A stretch of 64,000 nt of DNA from Spirochaetia bacterium (GTDB taxonomy: Bacteria; Spirochaetota; Spirochaetia; UBA9216), in assembly GCA_965140585.1 (NCBI GenBank), contig OZ223269.1, forward strand, positions 224,001 through 288,000, written 5' to 3'. The notes below the pieces were generated by a model. That model had not been told where the DNA came from, searched no databases, and worked only from the letters and a program-made list of their open reading frames with translations. Made by a program: the position numbers and the translations under genes. Positions 59,553-64,000 of this stretch are shown piece after piece; the stretch's first letter is position 1; each line of letters begins with the position of its first letter.

Positions 59553-60521
59553 ATGAATGCAACTGATATCAAAAAGGTTGCATGCACTGGTTCCGTACTT
59601 ATGGGTTCCAGTTTTGCGACTAATTTCGCAATGCGCGGATACGATGTCTGTGTATTCAATTTGCGAAAACCCAGGCTCGAAGAAGCAAGGGAAATTATAC
59701 ATAGTAATCTGAGCTTTCTTGCTCAGAAGGAAATTCTTGCTGATGCTGATGTTTCAGATATTGAGGCTTGTGTCAGGTACACGACAGATATAAAAGAAGC
59801 CGTAGAAGATGTGCAGTTCATTCAGGAACAGTTTCCTGAAAAGTATGAAGTAAAACGCGAAATGCTGTCCGAAGTTGAGAAGTGCACTTCACCCGAATCA
59901 ATAATTGCAAGCAGTACTTCAGGTCTTCTTATAACCGAGATACAGAAAGGATTGAAATATCCGGAACGGGTTGTCGGCGGTCATCCGTTTAATCCGCCGC
60001 ATCTGATTCCTCTTGTAGAAGTGGTGAAGGGTGAACAGACCAGCGATGCAACAGTTAAATGTGCATATGACTTTTATAAGCTTCTGGGTAAAGAGCCGGT
60101 TATTCTTAACAAAGAAGTTTCAGGATTTATTGCCAACAGACTGCTGGCTGCCCTGCACAGGGAATGTACAGATCTGGTTATGAACGGCGTATGTACTGTT
60201 GAGGATGTGGATAAGGCGTTCACCTTCGGCCCCGGCCTGCGTATGGCAATTATGGGACCGAATCTGGTTCTGCATCTGGGCGGAGGAAAAGTCGGCGGTA
60301 TCAGAAGCCTTATGTCTGCTCTGCACGATTCAAATGCAGCAAGGCTTGAAGAAATGGCCCGCTGGACAACAGAACCGGAAGAATGGCCGGATATCGCCGA
60401 AGAAGGTGTGCTCAAAGAAATTGAAAACAGATCTCCTTCAGAAGGCCGGACAATCGAAGAAATTGCCCGCTATCGTGACGATATGCTGATTGAGATTTTA
60501 AGGTTACATAAAAAACTATAA
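59553..60521 (+). CDS. 3-hydroxyacyl-CoA dehydrogenase superfamily, L-carnitine dehydrogenase/lambda-crystallin-like
   Basis: ASSTSGL, HPFNPPHLIPLVE, GFIANRL..AL.RE, GPGLR.A.MGP, RD..L. Confidence 0.88.
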   Translation: MNATDIKKVACTGSVLMGSSFATNFAMRGYDVCVFNLRKPRLEEAREIIHSNLSFLAQKEILADADVSDIEACVRYTTDIKEAVEDVQFIQEQFPEKYEVKREMLSEVEKCTSPESIIASSTSGLLITEIQKGLKYPERVVGGHPFNPPHLIPLVEVVKGEQTSDATVKCAYDFYKLLGKEPVILNKEVSGFIANRLLAALHRECTDLVMNGVCTVEDVDKAFTFGPGLRMAIMGPNLVLHLGGGKVGGIRSLMSALHDSNAARLEEMARWTTEPEEWPDIAEEGVLKEIENRSPSEGRTIEEIARYRDDMLIEILRLHKKL

Positions 60522-60539
60522 CAATGGAGTAGAGAAAAT

Positions 60540-61706
60540 ATGAGAGAAGCAGTAATAGTTGCAGCAGCAAGAACTCCCGTTGGAAGATGCCGCGGAGTAT
60601 TGGCACCTGTTCCGGTTGAAGAACTTGGTGCAATTGCATGTAGAGAAGCAGTAAAGAGAAGCGGAGTCGATCCGAAAGAAATTGATGAGGTTATCTTCAG
60701 TAACCTTATGGGACACAATATAAACAACATGGGTAGAATGGTAGCTCTTCAGGCCGGTCTTCCTATGAGCGTTCCCGGTATTTCACTTGACAGACAGTGC
60801 GGTGCATCTTTGACAGGTTTTGCTTATGCAACAATGGCTATCCAGACAGGTTATGCTGATGTAATGGTAGCCGGCGGTGTTGAAAGTGATTCAAGAAGAA
60901 CTTATACAATGGACAAGCCTACAGCTCCATATCAGGTAATGCCTCCGCAGTGGTCAAACATTGTTACATGTCCTGCAGAGTACGGACAGGATTCAATGGT
61001 CGAGACTGCCGACAACCTTGCTGAGAAATACGGAATTACACGTGAAGAATGTGATGCATTCGCAGCAGAAAGCCATAAAAGAGCTGCTGCAGCTCAGAAA
61101 GCCGGTTACTTTGACAGCCAGATAGTTCCTGTTGAGGTAAAGGAAAGAAAGGGCAGCTATATAGTTGATAAAGATGAATGTGTACGTCCTGATTCTACAG
61201 TTGAATCTCTAGGCAAACTCAGAACAGTTCAGAAAGGCGAGGGCTATGTAACAACAGCCGGAAACAGCTCTCCTATGAGTGACGGTGCAGGTGCAGTTGT
61301 TGTTATGGAAAAAGAGAAGGCAAAAGCAATGGGGCTTGAAATTCTCGGAACCATGAAGGCATATGCTTCAGCAGGTGTTGAGCCCAGAATCATGGGTATC
61401 GGTCCTTACTACGCAACAAAGAAACTTCTTGAAAACTCAGGAATGACACTCGGCGACATCGACCTTATTGAAATGAATGAGGCTTTTGCTGCTCAGTCAC
61501 TTGCTGTACTTAGGGAAATTGATTTTGACATGAGCAAGCTTAATGTCAACGGCGGAGCAATTGCTCTTGGTCATCCTCTTGCAGGAACCGGTGCAGTTCT
61601 TCTTACCAAGATGATTTATGAACTTAAACGCCGTGACCTTTCCACCGGTCTTGTTACTTTCTGCTGCGGCGGTGGTATGGGTGTTTCTGTAGTTATCGAA
61701 AGATAA
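60540..61706 (+). CDS. Thiolase (acetyl-CoA C-acyltransferase)
   Basis: RTP.G, RQCGAS, TAGN.S..SDGA, NEAFA, GHP...TG, CCGGG.G. Confidence 0.95.
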   Translation: MREAVIVAAARTPVGRCRGVLAPVPVEELGAIACREAVKRSGVDPKEIDEVIFSNLMGHNINNMGRMVALQAGLPMSVPGISLDRQCGASLTGFAYATMAIQTGYADVMVAGGVESDSRRTYTMDKPTAPYQVMPPQWSNIVTCPAEYGQDSMVETADNLAEKYGITREECDAFAAESHKRAAAAQKAGYFDSQIVPVEVKERKGSYIVDKDECVRPDSTVESLGKLRTVQKGEGYVTTAGNSSPMSDGAGAVVVMEKEKAKAMGLEILGTMKAYASAGVEPRIMGIGPYYATKKLLENSGMTLGDIDLIEMNEAFAAQSLAVLREIDFDMSKLNVNGGAIALGHPLAGTGAVLLTKMIYELKRRDLSTGLVTFCCGGGMGVSVVIER

Positions 61707-61790
61707 TAATTCCAACAAAAAATTAGGCACAGCTGATGAGTACTACGGAATAAGGTGATTGTCAGCTGTGTTTATATTAGCAGGTGCGAA

Positions 61791-62693
61791 ATGGTTTATA
61801 AGAATTTTGATGAGTTAATCGATAAAAATATTAAAAATGCTGTAAAGAAAAATATTGCCGTGGTATGTGCTGATGAAGATCATACACTTAACGCCATTAT
61901 GATGGCCGGCAGGGATGGAATCGCGAAACCTCTGCTGATTGGTGATAAGGATAAAATTGAAGAACTTGTAAAACCCTATAGTGATTATTGCGAGTATGAA
62001 ATTATTCCTGCGGCTGATGAGGCTGAAACACTGAAGAAGATGGTTGAACTTGTTCATGCCGGAAAAGCTGATGCAATCATGAAGGGTAAAATTCAGACTG
62101 CTGATCTTATGCGTGCCATCATCAGCGAAGAAAACAATCTGAGGACCGGCAGTCTAATGTCGCACATGCTTGTTTTTGAAATCCCCACATACCACAAACT
62201 TATATGTGTATCTGATGCGGCTATGGTTACCTATCCGGATCTTGAGAAGAAGAAACAGATACTTCAGAACACTGTAGGTGCACTTAAAGGAATGGGTTTT
62301 GATGATATCAAAGTAGGTGTGCTTGCTGCGGTTGACAGTGTTAACCCCAAGATGCCTGAGTCCGTTGACGCTGGAGAACTGAAGAAGCTTAACGGCACAG
62401 GTGAAATACCTGGATGCTATATTGAAGGGCCTATCTCCTACGATCTTGCTGTGAACAAGGAATCTTCAGAAATCAAGGGCTACGAAAGTCCGGTTGCCGG
62501 AGATGCCGATATGCTTCTCTGTCATAACATTGCTGTAGCTAACTCTTTAGTTAAGTGTCTTACTTTTTCAGCCAGTGCAAAAGCCGGCGGATTCATTGTA
62601 GGAGCAAAGGTTCCTATCATACTTACTTCTAGAGCATCAAGCACTGAAGAAAAGTATTACTCAGCTGTGCTTGCTTCATCGCTGAAGGTATAG
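61791..62693 (+). CDS. ptb: Phosphate butyryltransferase family
   Basis: Start moved to MVYKNF; MKG...T..L, SH, D, GP.S.D.AV, GDAD.L, P..LTSR. Confidence 0.92.
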   Translation: MVYKNFDELIDKNIKNAVKKNIAVVCADEDHTLNAIMMAGRDGIAKPLLIGDKDKIEELVKPYSDYCEYEIIPAADEAETLKKMVELVHAGKADAIMKGKIQTADLMRAIISEENNLRTGSLMSHMLVFEIPTYHKLICVSDAAMVTYPDLEKKKQILQNTVGALKGMGFDDIKVGVLAAVDSVNPKMPESVDAGELKKLNGTGEIPGCYIEGPISYDLAVNKESSEIKGYESPVAGDADMLLCHNIAVANSLVKCLTFSASAKAGGFIVGAKVPIILTSRASSTEEKYYSAVLASSLKV

Positions 62694-62730
62694 CTGGTAC
62701 AAAGCAAATTAAATTACAGGCGGTATATTA

Positions 62731-63843
62731 ATGGCGGAGAAATTAAAATTACTGGCAATCAATCCGGGGTCAACCTCGACAAAGATTGCCGTTTTTGAAG
62801 GTGAAGATAAGGTATTCGATCTGAACATCACTCATGATGCGGAAAAGCTGAAAGAGTTTGCGGAAATTTCCGATCAGTTTGACTACCGTAAAGATATGAT
62901 CATGGATACCCTTAAGACAGAAGGTTACGCCATGGAAGACTTTGACGGTTTCGTTGGAAGGGGAGGCGGACAGCAATCCTGCGAAGGCGGTACTTATGAA
63001 ATTAACGATGTAATAATAGCCAACGCAAAGAAATATGATTTTCATCCGGCTACTCTTGGTCCTCTGATTTCAGATGCTTTATCCAGAGAGTACGGTAAAC
63101 GCGCTTTTATTGTTAACCCGCCGGATGTTGACGAGTTTGAACCTGTGTCCAGGATCTCAGGTCTTGCAGATATCTGCCGTGAAAGCCGTATCCATGCACT
63201 CAGCCAGAAGGAAGTCGGACTCAAAGCAGCAGCAACACTTGGAAAGAAATATGAAGAATGCAATTTTGTTATTGCCCATATCGGCGGCGGAATTTCTGTA
63301 GCTGCTCATAAGAAAGGGAAGATGGTTGATGGTACCGACATATTAAATGGTGACTGCCCCATGTCTCCAACCCGTGCCGGAACTATGGCTACCGGACCTA
63401 TTCTGGATCTTGCTTTCTCCGGAAAGTACAGTCATAAAGAGCTTAAGACCTTACTGACAAAGGACGGCGGGGTTGTCAATCATCTCGGTACAAGCGATAT
63501 CCGTGAAGTTAAAGCGATGATAGCTGATGGCGACAAGTATGCCGAGCTGGTTTATCACGGACTGATTCATCAGATTGCAAAATCCATAGGATCTTTCGCT
63601 GCAGTACTTGAAGGCAGGGTAGACAGGATTGTTCTTACCGGGGGAATTGTATATGACGAAAACCTGGTAAAAATCCTAAAAGAGAAGGTTGGTTTTATCG
63701 CTGATTTTGTAGTATACCCGGGTGAGTTTGAAATGGAAGCCCTGGCAAACGGTGCTGCAAGGGTCCTGCAGGGAATCGATGAACCGAAAGTGATGACATA
63801 TGATCTGATCTGGAAGGGCTTCGATCAGTTTAAGACAAAATAA
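62731..63843 (+). CDS. buk: Butyrate kinase family acyl kinase, second paralog
   Basis: INPGSTSTK, GRGG, HAL, AHIGGGIS, LTGG, PGE.EMEAL. Confidence 0.93.
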   Translation: MAEKLKLLAINPGSTSTKIAVFEGEDKVFDLNITHDAEKLKEFAEISDQFDYRKDMIMDTLKTEGYAMEDFDGFVGRGGGQQSCEGGTYEINDVIIANAKKYDFHPATLGPLISDALSREYGKRAFIVNPPDVDEFEPVSRISGLADICRESRIHALSQKEVGLKAAATLGKKYEECNFVIAHIGGGISVAAHKKGKMVDGTDILNGDCPMSPTRAGTMATGPILDLAFSGKYSHKELKTLLTKDGGVVNHLGTSDIREVKAMIADGDKYAELVYHGLIHQIAKSIGSFAAVLEGRVDRIVLTGGIVYDENLVKILKEKVGFIADFVVYPGEFEMEALANGAARVLQGIDEPKVMTYDLIWKGFDQFKTK

Positions 63844-63857
63844 TCAGGTGTAATAAA

Positions 63858-64000
63858 ATGGAATTCAAGAATATTATCTACAACATTGAAGACGGAATCG
63901 GTATCCTCACAATCAACCGTCCTAAAGCATACAATGCGATGAACACTGAGACTAATCTTGAGATAGAGAAACTTCTCGAAGAAATAAAAGAGGATGAGAG
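63858..64000 (+). CDS. Enoyl-CoA hydratase/crotonase, 5-prime partial (runs off the window)
   Basis: MEFKNIIYNIEDGIGILTINRPKAYNAMN... Confidence 0.85.
   Translation, partial: MEFKNIIYNIEDGIGILTINRPKAYNAMNTETNLEIEKLLEEIKEDE

Overview
Bacterial chromosomal window, most likely a free-living anaerobic spirochaete (spirochaetal lipoboxes, CheX paralogs, CHASE2 cyclase, DapL; taxon is inference). 0.8-7.7 kb: a CHASE2 adenylate cyclase divergent from four exported-protein genes (small periplasmic protein, beta-barrel, FecR-domain protein, lipoprotein). 7.9-9.1 kb: a 6-oxocamphor-hydrolase-like beta-diketone hydrolase and an unannotated ~71-nt small-RNA candidate with its own promoter and an anti-Shine-Dalgarno loop. 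9.2-33 kb: mostly housekeeping genes (lemA/TPM, TRAP plus two-component system, phosphohexomutase, dapL, cheX x2, CBS-PPase, ABC exporter, AraC/AKR) and one decayed sugar-acid cluster. 33-64 kb: a large anaerobic catabolic island with three intact OYE-type flavo-Fe-S enzymes, a FAD_binding_2 reductase, a GlcDEF-like trio, a BKACE, a carnitine-dehydrogenase-like enzyme, thiolase, Ptb, two Buk, a crotonase and transporters. Three of its promoters share a 41-bp element at identical spacing from TATAAT, and TRAP, OYE and UGSC-family pseudogenes are interleaved. No rRNA, tRNA, CRISPR array or transposase was recognised. All calls come from reading motifs by eye; no database searches were run.
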